A stretch of DNA of 63,993 nucleotides, filler included, from Licmophora abbreviata (GCA_900291995.1; 12 parts of 12 records of this genome joined end to end with filler, not necessarily neighbours in it); one strand, 5' to 3'. Positions 23,588 through 35,735 are shown, counted from the whole stretch's first letter. Notes: a model not told the origin generated them from the letters alone. Numbers and translations: made by a program.

Positions 23588-24144
23588 GAGAGGAGCTAGG
23601 AATGAATAAGAGACGCTCTTGAAGTTCCTTTCGATTAAGATCTGTCGCCGTGTCTGCCATGGTCACATAGTGTTCACACCGGCGTCCGTCCCACGGTTCA
23701 CGGCGGTGAGAGGTGAGTGTTATTGCAATGATTGTTTAACAGTTAAGGTGAATTTTGATATGAGTAATACAAGAAACGAGGTCCTTTGGATGAGATCATA
23801 GGACAAAGCAAACACGAGCGAAGGAAGGACTTCNNNNNNNNNNNNNNNNNNNNNNNNNNNNNNNNNNNNNNNNNNNNTTAATTAATTAANNNNNNNNNNN
23901 NNNNNNNNNNNNNNNNNNNNNNNNNNNNNNNNNTTTTTGTTCATCGAGTTGCTGTTAGACAATGAGAGACGATCATACTCAATACAGAACCTCAGCCCTC
24001 CCACAAGCCTGAAACCAATCTGAGAACAGGCTAGTTAAACTTCAGAGTGTGAAGAAGATCGATAGAAAAAATATCCGGGACGAAAGAATCGAAGACAGCG
24101 TGAATCAATCTACCGTGAATCTTTTCATCCATCGCATCATACCG

Positions 24145-25035
24145 ATGGATACTCTCGATAGGACTTCAGCCGCACTCGCCGTCTCTGTTCTATGCATTGC
24201 CGCTATCTCCCTCTTACTTCCTCGTCGAAATTTTGTACCTGTGAACAGTCCTTCCGAGTCTGCAGTACTCATCACGGGTGGCAGTCGAGGTATCGGCAGG
24301 GCCACAGCAGATTATCTTGCCAGTCAAGGATACACAGTGCTGGTGACCGTTCGGAAGCAAACTCAGTTTGATGACATCGAGAAGGAAGAAGGCAGTACTT
24401 TGTATCCGGTGATGATGGACGTCACCAATGATAGTCACATGGATCCGGCAGTTGAACGCGTCGAGCAGGTTCTCGCGCAACGAAAAGTTTCTCTTGTGGC
24501 GATTGTTAACAACGCCGGAATCAATCCGGAAGGCGACAAAGTGGCGGAGGCTGCTGCGGTGGGGGAAGAATCTGTCAATAAACTATTGGAAACGTCAGTG
24601 GCATGGCGCGTTCTGGATACCAATGTGATCGGCACTGTGCGGGTGACCAGGTCCTTCTTGCCTCTTCTCAAGTCAGATGGCCGTGTGGTGAACATCGGCT
24701 CCTACTTTGGAAGCATTGCAGGGCAGATTGGCCTTGCTCACGCCTACTACGAGGCCTCAAAGTTTGCTCTCGAAGGACTATCTGATAATATGCGGCGATC
24801 TCTCCAAAGTGAAGGCATCAAAGTTAGCCTCATCAAGCCCGGCAATATTGTGACGGACATGAACTCGTTCTTTGGAGAGGTTGGTGCTGATGTAGTCGCA
24901 AGGGACATTGAGCATGCTATTGGATCTCGCAATCCACGTCCTCGGTACTATCCTGGGAAAGTAAGGGGGTTCCCGACGAGACTCCTCTGCGTGATCTTTG
25001 AGATGTTGCCCACCTGGGCAGTAGACAAGTTCTAG
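24145..25035 (+). CDS. Short-chain dehydrogenase/reductase with N-terminal membrane anchor
   Basis: TGGSRGIG, VNNAG, YEASK catalytic motif. Confidence 0.92.
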   Translation: MDTLDRTSAALAVSVLCIAAISLLLPRRNFVPVNSPSESAVLITGGSRGIGRATADYLASQGYTVLVTVRKQTQFDDIEKEEGSTLYPVMMDVTNDSHMDPAVERVEQVLAQRKVSLVAIVNNAGINPEGDKVAEAAAVGEESVNKLLETSVAWRVLDTNVIGTVRVTRSFLPLLKSDGRVVNIGSYFGSIAGQIGLAHAYYEASKFALEGLSDNMRRSLQSEGIKVSLIKPGNIVTDMNSFFGEVGADVVARDIEHAIGSRNPRPRYYPGKVRGFPTRLLCVIFEMLPTWAVDKF

Positions 25036-25492
25036 TGATACCACGTGTGACAGGAAAGGAAAGACAAGCGGAATCGAATCTACGGAAGTTTGGTATAATC
25101 CCCTCAAAGCACCAGCTACCGCTAGTAGACTGTGAATGAATCAGTCCGATCATAGTGACGGAAGGTACATTGCCGGGTCTTCTTTGTCGAGGTATTGAAC
25201 TTCATCGCGCAGCAGAGTAGGCATTATGTAGCTTCCCGCTACGGCATTCTTCTGTATTATTCATTGTCAAACGACGTACGTTACCAACGAAACACTGTTT
25301 ACGTGTTGTAGTCAATGAGTTATTATTATTATTGTTTACGTGTTGAAGTCTATCCGTACCATATCTTCTAAGTAGCTTAGTGCATCATTGAGAGGTCTCG
25401 GCTAGACAAAATTGCATAAGTGGGTGCTCACTAGTAGTATTGTCGCCTTTCGTATTCCATTCGCGTGCCGGCGCATTTTCAGCGAATTCAAA

Positions 25493-26796
25493 CTAGCTTT
25501 GTTGACCAACCCAGTCACGTGGGGTCTTCAGCACTTCTAATAGGTTGGCCTCCTGACTCCCATCCCTCACCTCGTGATTGTAATCCCAAGCAATTAGTGG
25601 CGGGGCCGACACCATGACCCCCTCAACGCGAGGATTGGCACTTGCCAAACCAAACCTGACCCCTCGATCGTACAGGAGATTGAATTCCAAGTAGCGACCC
25701 CGTCGAAGTCTAATATAAGAAAGACGACACAAATTGAGAATGAGACAGTATTTCAAGAGGCGCTTTCTTTCCGTCGACAAAACTCAAATCTCACTCACAG
25801 CTGCCACTGACGCTGCTGCTCAGTGTACTTGGTACCGCGTCGTCGCTCCACAATGGAAAGCCACGATGGCATCCATGCATCCACGACACCTTCGACAAAT
25901 TCCATGGTCTGGCTGGTAGCGTCCATGTCGTCGAAAAATATCCCCCCAGTCCCACGATGCTCTGAACGTGCTGGAAGGAAAAAGTAGTCGTCGCACGCCT
26001 TCTTCATCGACTCGTACGAGAAGCCCTGGGCCTCTAATGACGATCGGTGTTTTTGGCAGAGGCCAAAGTAGCGCTCATGGAACTCTGAAATGTCGTCGTC
26101 GATCAAGTAGTAGGGTGTGAGGTCGGCCCCACCCCCCAACCAAGCGACAGCCCGCGCAGCGCCACCGTCTCCAGCTGAGGAGACAAGAAAGATCCGCACA
26201 TCGGAACGGAATGTCGGCACAATAGGACTACTCGAGTGCAAGACAATACTCAAGGCGCCAGCTGAATACGTGTCTCCCGCTTGAACCTGCACCGAGTCGT
26301 CCGCCTGCTGTCGCGATCGGATTGCAGCTGCCCGATCTCCAGTCAGGATGCCCTGCTCGATTAAGGTGAAGGAGCACGCTCCCTTTTCTATGACCTTGCC
26401 ACCCTGCAAGACGCGCGTCTTTCCTCCCGAAGTTGTTGGTGGGCCGTCAGTGTCACCGGAAAAGACCCCCCACGTGTCATTGCAAAACGTTTGGCCAGAG
26501 CCGTCCATTTTCTCTAGAGTTTCAATAATCTCGACTTGTTTCCGCTGCAAAAGCTCCACGAATTCACCAAATATCTCTGTGGCAGAAGCAGTATCGCTGT
26601 CGACGGCTAAGTCAGGAGAGAGCTCATCCTTCTTCGACACTAACTTTTCCAACAAGATGGTCCTCGAAATGCGTGTCGCCGAGTCTAGGGACGATGGCGA
26701 TGCCGGGAGCCAGGCTGACACAACATGACGGCCGAAAGTCCACAAAACAAAAATCGAAAGCCTCCATGACGAGATTCGACAAGCAACACTTTTCAT
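25493..26796 (-). CDS. hemF: Oxygen-dependent coproporphyrinogen III oxidase, plastid-targeted (intron 25710-25798)
   Basis: [53 protein letters not shown]; signal peptide VSA-W. Confidence 0.93.
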
Positions 26797-27218
26797 TCTA
26801 TCGCCCTCTAGCGTTAGACTGCACAGCGTCGATTATACAACAAGAACGTGAAACGACAAAGGAAACGGGTGCCAGGGCCGAAATCTGAAGCCGCACACAC
26901 TCATCAGATGACACCCCACATCCGCAACGAACACCCCGCGATCCGCGATGAGGGCGCCAAACCTGTGAGAGTGCGAGCTCCTCGCTCCGAGAAACGGCGG
27001 TGTTTTGATTTTTTCTTGTGTCGTCTGTTGCGGCTTGTTTCATGTTGCCTTTGTCGCGTGTCGCACATTGAATTGAGGGTAGCCGATAGGCAACCCAGAC
27101 TCGAAAGAAGAACCCTGGCAGAAGAAAAGGTCCATCCTACTGACTAAGACCTGGTACCAGATACCGTTATTATTACATGCTCAACCTATAATATGCATGA
27201 AGAATTCGCCAGGCTAGA

Positions 27219-28460
27219 CTACAGAACAACGCGAAGGAGTACCATAGCGAGGAACACCACCGTGACTAATGGGAGTGTTGACTGAGTCCCCGAGCTCGTA
27301 CCCGAACCCAGCGCGTTCAGATACTCTTGATCCAAACAAAACGTCGATGATCGTTGAACTGCCGTGCTGCCTGCCATTGGCGACGCTACCTTTGTGGCAA
27401 ACGGCGGATTCCCGTTGTTGTCGGCATTAGGAATAGTCAGCGCTTCAATCAATGGCACGTCACTATTTCCAGGAATCCCTAGTCTGAACAATGTAAAACC
27501 GCCCATCCCTTTTGATCGCGCATAGGTAATGTGAGCCACCATGGCAGCGGGATCGAACGCTGAATCCGGAAACGATGATGGCTCGTCCATCCACCCTAAT
27601 CCAATGTTGATCGTGCTAAGGGGGTACCCAAAGTAAGCGCACCACGTCTCCCATACGTCAATTTCGTTGCGCATGACAGTGGTATCGGCAGTATATTGCA
27701 TAGGAGTAATAAAATCCAACAGGCCTCGCTGCATCCATGTGATGGGGTCCTGTTGGTAACTCATGAAGGAGGGTCCGAGCAGATACTGCGGGTTCGAACC
27801 ATCAATGTTGCCCTGATTGACTATCCCTGTCCCTCCAGTCGAGGCTTCTCGCGCAAAGTAGTTGTCCGGAAACGAGTCAAACCATTCTCGATACCAAACT
27901 GGCACGTCGCCTTCCCAATCAGGCGCTGATCCGCGGTACGTAATAGTGGCAGCAGGAAACGTCGTACTTAACAAGACCTTGTTCACTCGATCGAGTGACA
28001 GTCGAATCTGGAGAATCGTTTCGCTCACACCCTCATTCTTGTCGACGTTTGAGATTTCCCATGTTGGGTAACGAATGTAGTCGATGGCGATACCATCCAG
28101 ACACGGGAACGAAAACAAAATATCCATAGCCCATCTGACTTGAGCTTCTCGTTCCTCGGGTAAACGCAAGTCGGCCGGTATCGGAAACGTGCGCTTGTGG
28201 TTACTTATCCACCCTAGCACCACATAACCGTCCTCTTTCGCACGGTCAACGAATTCGACGAATTCTTCAAGAGTTCCTTCGCCATAGTTTCCGCCAATGG
28301 GAGGGACGGCGACAAAAATGGAGTTCAAGTTAGCCTCGGCAATCTCACGAAGAACTTTTGTACGCCCCGACGCCGTCTCGATCGTATCGTGAGAGATCCA
28401 GGCTCCACGCAGCTCCGGATCGTTGGACATGACCGCGGTGGTGAAAGTATCGACTGACAC
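27219..28460 (-). CDS. GHL10/DUF187-like TIM-barrel glycoside hydrolase with C-terminal hydrophobic (GPI-like) tail; 5' exon unresolved
   Basis: ELRGAWI, LDGIAIDYIRYP, YQQDPITW...LDFITPMQY; C-terminal small-residue linker plus hydrophobic tail; CAG acceptor just upstream of the ORF. Confidence 0.65.
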   Translation of the reverse strand: MSVDTFTTAVMSNDPELRGAWISHDTIETASGRTKVLREIAEANLNSIFVAVPPIGGNYGEGTLEEFVEFVDRAKEDGYVVLGWISNHKRTFPIPADLRLPEEREAQVRWAMDILFSFPCLDGIAIDYIRYPTWEISNVDKNEGVSETILQIRLSLDRVNKVLLSTTFPAATITYRGSAPDWEGDVPVWYREWFDSFPDNYFAREASTGGTGIVNQGNIDGSNPQYLLGPSFMSYQQDPITWMQRGLLDFITPMQYTADTTVMRNEIDVWETWCAYFGYPLSTINIGLGWMDEPSSFPDSAFDPAAMVAHITYARSKGMGGFTLFRLGIPGNSDVPLIEALTIPNADNNGNPPFATKVASPMAGSTAVQRSSTFCLDQEYLNALGSGTSSGTQSTLPLVTVVFLAMVLLRVVL

Positions 28461-29156
28461 TCTGTAGGCAATCGAAAGCTGATTGTGTATTCGGAATAAT
28501 AGCGAGAAGCTTGCTCTCTCTCAAGAACTAGCTCTAGAATAGAAGTGATCGGAGTATGCGAAACAACGGCGTGAGTAAGGAGGTGCACTACAGGTAGTGG
28601 AGGGAAGGGCTTAGGGTGATGCACAGGTGGGAAACAGGATTGAAATGGGATCACCATTCGTAGACTAGTTGGAGTTTCACCCTCTCATGTGCCAAGAATG
28701 CAAGTGTGCCAATGAAGCTTAAGAAAAAGAGTGACCCACGACTCGTGGCTGTAATTTTTTCTAGGAGTAGTCTGCTGGCTCGCAACACATATTGATGTTT
28801 ATCAATAGCTGGATGTTGTTAACTGACTATATATGTATGGACGCCGGCCGTCCCCCAAGGTCATGATTGTGACTGCGTGTTCATCGACCAAGTGATTGAC
28901 TTCTCTCTTCGATTCGTCACTTGTGTTTCTCTGCGACCTATCATAGAGAGCGCGGTTAGGTTTCGATTCAGACCAGTTGATCCTCTAACATCTCTGTAGG
29001 GACTCGTCCTTTCGTAGCTATGGTAAACGGCAAGGTCAAGGACCTCTGCTACGAGTNNNNNNNNNNNNNNNNNNNNNNNNNNNNNNNNNNNNNNNNNNNN
29101 TTAATTAATTAANNNNNNNNNNNNNNNNNNNNNNNNNNNNNNNNNNNNNNNNNNNN

Positions 29157-30171
29157 GTCATGGAAGCTACCTTAGCCAAAGTATCTCTCATTTGTTGGTT
29201 CTCGGTTTCGAGATCCTGAATGGTAGATTCAACAGCACTGATGAAGTTCTTCTTGCGATCACGGGTCATTTTGGCGTGCATTCGATTGCGTTCACGTCTG
29301 TGGACGAAGAGTACCAGGAGCGAGCGCAGTGAGTGAAAAAGCTAAATGAGTTTACAAAAAAGTACCACTAGTGCGATACACGCCCATTCGAATCCACTTA
29401 CCGCAACGCCTCTAGCTGGTCTTGAGTGAGCTGGCGCTGTTCTCCTTTCTCATCGCAGTATACTCCGGTCTTCCAGTTGATATGGTTTCTGCCGCCACCG
29501 ATCCATGTCGTCCGACCTGCTATGTTCAATTTCATTGGCTGAGGAGAATTGTCGGCAGAGTCTTCAGATAAGAAGCGTTTTCGCTTTCCCGAAAAGGCCT
29601 GCATGACCTTGGAGGACGATGTCCCAGGCCCAGCTTGCAGGGAAGTATCCAAGAAAGTGTCTGTTGTCTTATGGCTTCCTGAAGCCAGACCGATAAGAAT
29701 ACTAGCAATGCTACACTCCTCTATGCTCTGCTTTAAGAGCTTGCCCTCCTCTTCCAGTTTATGAACCTTGACTTGAAGAGATTCGAGGTGCGCTTTCTTT
29801 CTCAATCGTGTGCGTCGAGCATGTTCCCGGTTTCGCTCCCGGCTTCGAGCCAAGCGCTTTTCAGTGTCCTCATCAGGCTCTCCAATCATAGCGGGAGACT
29901 CCGAGTGTGTGGACCCGTCTGAGATGGGCTGAAACAAGACCGATTCGACCTGGCTGGGCTCATCGGTGTGAGGGCAAAAGCTTGCTTTCTCACTAGAGTC
30001 TTGTTCTGCAGAGGAGCACGCTTCCAGCATCGTCATTTCTGCATTTTCTGGAGGTACCGTTCGATTGTCGCACGATCCTGGCAAGATATATACTCCTCCA
30101 GATGTCCTAGCTATCTCGGCTGCGGCTGAAAGGGCGGCAGCCAGAGAGTTGGACACCGATGGTCCCGTCAT
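29157..30171 (-). CDS. Transcription factor with two bZIP domains (intron 29298-29401), 3' truncated
   Basis: RSRERNREHARRTRLRKK plus heptad leucines; after the intron RRERNRMHAKMTRDRKK...IQDLETENQQM. Confidence 0.88.
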
Positions 30172-30566
30172 TGTCGTGACTGTTAGAAGTGAGAAAGCTT
30201 TTTTTGCGAAGCCGCCCAGTTTCAAGTTCGTGCGCACTTCCCAGCTGCGGCGAATGTCACATTACTTATGAAAAAACTTCCCATCGTTTCTCTCAATAAG
30301 CGTGGGTGGTGTGTCAAACAACAATTTGGGCAGACATGGACTCTAGATTCTTTGCAATGATGGGGAGTGCTGGTTGTGACACGGATGACGTCGCCATTGG
30401 AAGTTTCAAATGTCAGAATTTGATCTTTCCCGCCAAAACTTCTGTCCCTCGTCCGCCAACTTCAAGTTGTGATCTGTTCGAGCTCTCCCCACGAGCTCTC
30501 CGGGAGCCACACGCCGCCCTGTGTTGTCGCCACACTCGCCACAGTTTTCGATTCGAAACCCTGACC

Positions 30567-31670
30567 ATGGCGAACGTAACGGACCCACTTGCGGCCGCCG
30601 TGCACGGCACGGATCCGCAAAACTTGATGGAATACATCACTCGTCAGAAAATTTACGATTCTCGGTACTGGAAAGAAGAATGCTTCGGCTTGACGGCCGT
30701 CAACGTCCTCGAAAAGGCTGCCAAGCTTACCTGTATCGGCGCTTCCTTTGGAGGCAACCGGCAGCCTACCAAGTTCCTTTGCTTGGCGTTGAAATTATTG
30801 CAACTTTCGCCGGACCAAGAGCTAGTGGACGAACTTATCTCTAGCGAAGATTTCAACTACGTTCGAGCACTCGGTGTCTTTTACAAAAGACTGTCGGGTC
30901 GACCCGCCGACATTTACACCCAACTGGAGAGTCTCTACACGGATTACGGAAAACTTCGGTATCGGGACATTTCGGAATGGAAATTAATGTATATGGACGA
31001 GTTTATCCATTCTCTACTGCACGACGACCGTGTATGTGGGATTGCTCTCCCGCGGTTGCCCCTACGACGGATTCTTCAAGAGGAAGGATACCTGGAGGAA
31101 CCCTATCGATCTGCGCTGCACTCTGTGATCCAAGAACATGACGGCAACGCTGAAGACTATCTATACCAAAAGGTACAAATGGGGAGTGAAGCGGCGAAAG
31201 AATTATGGGAAGAACGACAAGCTCGCAAGAAGCAAAAGGACGAGGATCGCAAGCAGATGGAATCGATGCGGAAGGAATCTGCCGAGATATTGCGAAACCC
31301 TGCGCGTCGAGACAGGATACGTTCCAACGACAGTGCAAGGGGGACAAGGGACATGTACAGAGACAATAGGATGGGTCGCAGTGGTCATTATGGGCCCGCC
31401 CCTCGCGAGTCGGATCATCGACGGGACGAAGACCGAGCTCGCCGTGAGGCCGACGACGCGCGATTGGATGAAATAAGACCCCGAAAGAAGAAACGAGCGG
31501 ATGAGAGAAAGTACGGATCGCTTTTCAAGTCAAGCAGTAATCGTGGACACCGATCAGAGGAAGAGAAAACGAACCCAGCTCCTTCAAGCTCGGGCGTTCC
31601 CCAGGAGGATTCCGAGGAATATTGGAATGAACAGAGAGCCAGGCTGGGACTCAAGCCGCTCAAGAAGTAA
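30567..31670 (+). CDS. PRP38: Pre-mRNA splicing factor PRP38A
   Basis: MANVTDP...HGTDPQNL.EYITRQKIYDSRYWKEECFGLT; PTKFLCL.LKLLQL.P; Arg/Asp-rich tail ending RARLGLKPLK. Confidence 0.93.
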   Translation: MANVTDPLAAAVHGTDPQNLMEYITRQKIYDSRYWKEECFGLTAVNVLEKAAKLTCIGASFGGNRQPTKFLCLALKLLQLSPDQELVDELISSEDFNYVRALGVFYKRLSGRPADIYTQLESLYTDYGKLRYRDISEWKLMYMDEFIHSLLHDDRVCGIALPRLPLRRILQEEGYLEEPYRSALHSVIQEHDGNAEDYLYQKVQMGSEAAKELWEERQARKKQKDEDRKQMESMRKESAEILRNPARRDRIRSNDSARGTRDMYRDNRMGRSGHYGPAPRESDHRRDEDRARREADDARLDEIRPRKKKRADERKYGSLFKSSSNRGHRSEEEKTNPAPSSSGVPQEDSEEYWNEQRARLGLKPLKK

Positions 31671-31736
31671 CACGTAGAACGTGTACGCTATGCAGAAACT
31701 GTAGTTATCTGATAAGTACAATTTGTACGCAGACCA

Positions 31737-32405
31737 TCATGACGACGAGGATTGCTTCTTTTCCTTTTTCCGTTTCTTGCTCTTCGTCTTTGATGAATCC
31801 GCTTCAGCGCCTGCCTGTCGCTTCTCGCAAGAGTCGCTTTCATGGGATGATGAGTCCCTACTGCTACTACTCCCCCCTTTTCGTTTCTTCTCGTTCTTTT
31901 TGCCCTTACGCGAGTCAACATTCCCCACCGCTTCAATGACCGGTAGAGAGTCCGTACCGCCGAAAATGGCACGCATGTCGTGCTCACTCTTGTTGCTGAG
32001 GTCCTTGGCATCCCTCATCTTGCGTGCATGTCCGGCGGTAACCTTATTCTTTGCCAAAGTAAGAGATTTCTTTTTACTTTTCGACTTTTTCTTCTTCTTG
32101 TCCGTGTCACTCCCGCTCCCACTGCTGCTACAAGTGCTATGGTGTCGGTGCAATGTTTTCAAGACACCGTGAAAGGAATTGTTCGTCTCGCCCCATCCCT
32201 CCGATCCCTGCGTATCCACTGTACTCGCTCCGATCCCCAGAGTCGCGTCGACACGTTTCACGGCTCGTAGTGCTGTCGCACTGCCTTGATTGTTGCGTCC
32301 GAGCCCCTGTCCTTCGGACCATCCCATCTTCTTGAGCAGCGTCGAGCCCTTGTTGTTGTTCTTCCATTCTGAGTTTCGAGTATCTTCTTTCGAGACGATA
32401 GTCAT
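31737..32405 (-). CDS. G-patch nucleolar protein, PinX1/Pxr1-like
   Basis: DTRNSEW...GSTLLKKMGWSEGQGLGRNNQG...LGIGA; AKDLSNKS..DM.AIFG; Lys-rich tail. Confidence 0.8.
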   Translation of the reverse strand: MTIVSKEDTRNSEWKNNNKGSTLLKKMGWSEGQGLGRNNQGSATALRAVKRVDATLGIGASTVDTQGSEGWGETNNSFHGVLKTLHRHHSTCSSSGSGSDTDKKKKKSKSKKKSLTLAKNKVTAGHARKMRDAKDLSNKSEHDMRAIFGGTDSLPVIEAVGNVDSRKGKKNEKKRKGGSSSSRDSSSHESDSCEKRQAGAEADSSKTKSKKRKKEKKQSSSS

Positions 32406-32835
32406 TGTGACCAATGTTGAGACTGCAGTCGAGGAGAAGCAGGATTGCAGCAGTCGATAGTCGAAACGGACAGTACAACAGTGGCGAGCTCAAAGGTGAA
32501 CGCTGAGATAGCTGTCTCTTTTCCCGCCACATGAACACCGACAGACCGGCTCTGGCGGAGACATGAACTCGTGGTTTCGCGCGACGGTCCGCGCGACAAG
32601 AAATACCCCGCTTCTGCAAAAGACGTGCTTTTCACTAGCTGGCGCGAGCGATTCAGTGATCTGAAAAAAGACTGAATAACAGTTTCTGGGAAACGCTGGG
32701 AACTTTCTGTTGAATGCTCATAGCCCAACTCACCACGGCCGTACGCGTGTTTGGATTTCGAACGACCTCGCTGCAGTGAAGCCGAGCGCCGACACAAAGC
32801 AGTGTCAAAAAGTGTCCTCAGCAGCTCGTTGCACC

Positions 32836-33781
32836 ATGATGTTCACGAAACACGCGCTTCTGGCGGTCCTCTCCCTCTGGGCATGCGATGCCTTTACAGC
32901 GATCCCGAGATATTCCATGGGAGCGAGAAGTGTCGAGTCTGCCCAGTTTCCCGCCACTCCAGCACAGCCGACGCGACTCTATGCAGAGCACGAAGAAACC
33001 AGCGCCGAAGAGGCGACGGCGGAAGCAGAAGGCGCGGAACAAGAAGCTGAACCGGAAGAAGCTGTAGAGGAGGAAGAGCCAGAACCAGAAGACCCCGAGG
33101 TGACGGCACTGAAGCAGGAAATTGCCGATTTGGAAAGTGCATTCAAGGCCAAACAGAACCAGCTCGAGACGGCTCGAGACCAGGCAGAGCTGTATAGCAA
33201 AGGGGGGTATGCACGAAAAGTAGCCGAGATGGAAAACATGCGTCGTTTGCGATCGGTGAGTACAGACAAGAATCGATGGATGGGACTGCTGACCTTCGAT
33301 ACAGATGGACCGTCCGTACGCTCATGATGTCTCCCCCTTGCAGTCTCTCAACTCGTCTAGTAAGGAAGCAGCTATGGCTTCGGTGGTGGCGAACTTTCTC
33401 CCCATGTTGGATGAGCTTCGAGCACTCAAAGAAAAGTACAAGGATGATGAATTTGGTTCTGGCTACAATGCCTTAGCAGGAGATATGAACGGTGCCTTAA
33501 GAGGTCTCGGTGTCGAGGAGTACACCGCACCCGTGGGTGAAATGGTCGATGTGAACCGTCACCAGGTGGTGAAAGAGGAATACAGCGAAAAGTTCAGCAA
33601 AGGGACTATCATGCAGCCATTGACTATGGGACTGGAGCTTCAAGGCAATGTTATGCGTATGGCCGAATGTGTTGTTAGTCTCGGAACGGAAGCAGACGAG
33701 GTTCCAGCTGAAGAAGAAGAAGAAGAAGAAGAAAACCAGAATACATCGGACCAATCAGACGAGGCAGACGCAGAGTCGTAA
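32836..33781 (+). CDS. grpE: Plastid GrpE nucleotide-exchange factor (intron 33256-33343)
   Basis: Signal peptide CDA-F; coiled coil; ARKVAEMENMRR; FLPMLDEL; GLELQGNVMRMAECVVS. Confidence 0.85.
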
Positions 33782-33794
33782 TCCATAATCAGAA

Positions 33795-35735
33795 CTAGCT
33801 AGACACTGCTCTTGTTTCTACCAACTCAGAGCTCTTGTTGAGGTCTCTCCATGCGACCGGGAACTCTCGCATTGTGAACGGACTGCGGACGGCGCGATAA
33901 ATTCTCATTTCCTGTTTCATGGTGGAAGGGGAGTGATAAAAGCTCCTGAGAACACCATCAGAACTTGTTTCGGGGCTCTCTTTCGCACTGTAGTAGCCTC
34001 GGATTCTATTGACGTAGCCGGAGAACGACGAGTAGTAGGTTCCAACGAACGTACCCGCCCCGGCCAGTACTACTTGCTCCACCATGCCATGAAGCGTTGG
34101 TGGGACGTTCGCCAGGACGTCGGAGTACTTCGAAAGTGTCACTACTTGGAATGCATCGCTCAAAGGTTGCAGCAGAGTCGACTGTGTTTCATCGGTCGCA
34201 AGGAACAAGGGCACATCTGGTCGGATCAATCCCTTGGTTTCAGCGATAATCCAGCTCACTTCGGAAGTGACGTCCGCGTGCTCATCTTCAAATGACTTCT
34301 TACGAATATGAATGCCGTCGTAACTACCGTTGCCGCCTAGCCTCTCAACAATCCGAGCTGCGGCGCACATGATATTGTCTCTGTATCGAAGCTGATCCCG
34401 CACAAGTCTTTTGTACCAAAGATCGTGCTTCCAGCTTTCAAAGAAGACGAAGGAGTAGAAAGGTGAGGCAAGCGACGAACGTCGACCAGAGGCGTCGACA
34501 GGAAAATGAATGATTCGCTCGTGCTGCATCGTCTTATCGTACAGGCACAGCCTCTTCCTGCCGGCCACCATTTCGCGTAGTCGCTCAACCGTTGGTGCCG
34601 TCACTGGGACGGGTCGCCCTTGAAAGTCGAGATCCTGTGGTGGAGGTCGTCCATCGCGCTTGTCCCACACCGTCTCCATGGCCCGTTCCAATATTTGCGT
34701 ACTACTGTCTTCTGGAAAACCGATGACACAGGAGTGAGGATCCCAATTGGAGGGCACATGCCCGATGCGTCGAAGATACTGCCACACGAGGTCAACGTTG
34801 TCAGCGATATCCCATGCGTTTCGAAATAAGGGAGGTGTCACGTCCGGTCGCTCTAGCTCTAATCGCGGCAAGAACTGCTCCATCATGATGATTTTGATTC
34901 CTCGATAGCGCTGCGAAAGGGAATGAACGTCCTGAAAGACGTCCCCGAGAAATCTACCATTGGCATGATTGAACGGTCGGGGCGGCAAGACAAGCGTTCG
35001 TCCCATGGCATGCGCTAATACCACAGCACTTTCAAACACCATTCGATTCTGATCCCATCCAAAAGCAGGATCGATTTCGAAGGTCAGGTATAGTAGATTA
35101 GCTTCCTCGAAAAATGGACTCGCGAACGACGGGTCCGTCTTGACGTCGGTGTTCCAATATGTCACTTGCTCGACGATCTTGGAATCTAAAGCCGGCCCAC
35201 CATATACATCGCACTGTAAGAGCCTAGACGAATTTTGGGGTATCACAGTTTCATTCTCTGTCTCGCCCCTGGCGCCGCCGCTCGGCCTTGGAGTCGGTAT
35301 CGACAGGGACGGGGCATCGACAAGTCGTGTTTTCACTTTGACAGTGGCATCGCTCCGTCGCGGAGATAGCTTTCTAGTGATGACCTTTGAATCAGGCTGA
35401 GTAGACTTCTGCTGCGTCATATGCACCGTTGTCTGATATGGTTCTATGCGCTTGCAAGCAGCCCAGGTCGTCACGGCTGCTGTCCACGCGAACATGCCCA
35501 ATATCAAGCTATACAAAGCCCACCGCATCTTGCCGCCCCTCCCGCTCTTCCGTCGCGGGGGATTATGGGTCGCGATTGTCGGTTCCGTCGCGTCATTGTT
35601 GAGATTCAAAGCTTCTAAGGAAAACTTTTGTTGTGGGGCATCATACTCTGCTTGTTCTCGCTGGGTATCAGAAATACCTTGCTGGCTAGAGATCGAGGAG
35701 GAGACTGGTCGAGGCCGTCGTCGGGATCCAGTCAT
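33795..35735 (-). CDS. GDP-fucose protein O-fucosyltransferase family (O-FucT), type II membrane protein
   Basis: N-terminal TM; YLTFE.D..G....R...E....LAHAMGRTLVLPP; GIHIR; FLATDE; FVGTYYSSFSGYVNRIRGY. Confidence 0.85.
   Translation of the reverse strand: MTGSRRRPRPVSSSISSQQGISDTQREQAEYDAPQQKFSLEALNLNNDATEPTIATHNPPRRKSGRGGKMRWALYSLILGMFAWTAAVTTWAACKRIEPYQTTVHMTQQKSTQPDSKVITRKLSPRRSDATVKVKTRLVDAPSLSIPTPRPSGGARGETENETVIPQNSSRLLQCDVYGGPALDSKIVEQVTYWNTDVKTDPSFASPFFEEANLLYLTFEIDPAFGWDQNRMVFESAVVLAHAMGRTLVLPPRPFNHANGRFLGDVFQDVHSLSQRYRGIKIIMMEQFLPRLELERPDVTPPLFRNAWDIADNVDLVWQYLRRIGHVPSNWDPHSCVIGFPEDSSTQILERAMETVWDKRDGRPPPQDLDFQGRPVPVTAPTVERLREMVAGRKRLCLYDKTMQHERIIHFPVDASGRRSSLASPFYSFVFFESWKHDLWYKRLVRDQLRYRDNIMCAAARIVERLGGNGSYDGIHIRKKSFEDEHADVTSEVSWIIAETKGLIRPDVPLFLATDETQSTLLQPLSDAFQVVTLSKYSDVLANVPPTLHGMVEQVVLAGAGTFVGTYYSSFSGYVNRIRGYYSAKESPETSSDGVLRSFYHSPSTMKQEMRIYRAVRSPFTMREFPVAWRDLNKSSELVETRAVSS

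Noticed and set aside
32681..32710. HSE-like GAACTTTC upstream of grpE
   Set aside because: Only two pentamer units; likely to occur by chance
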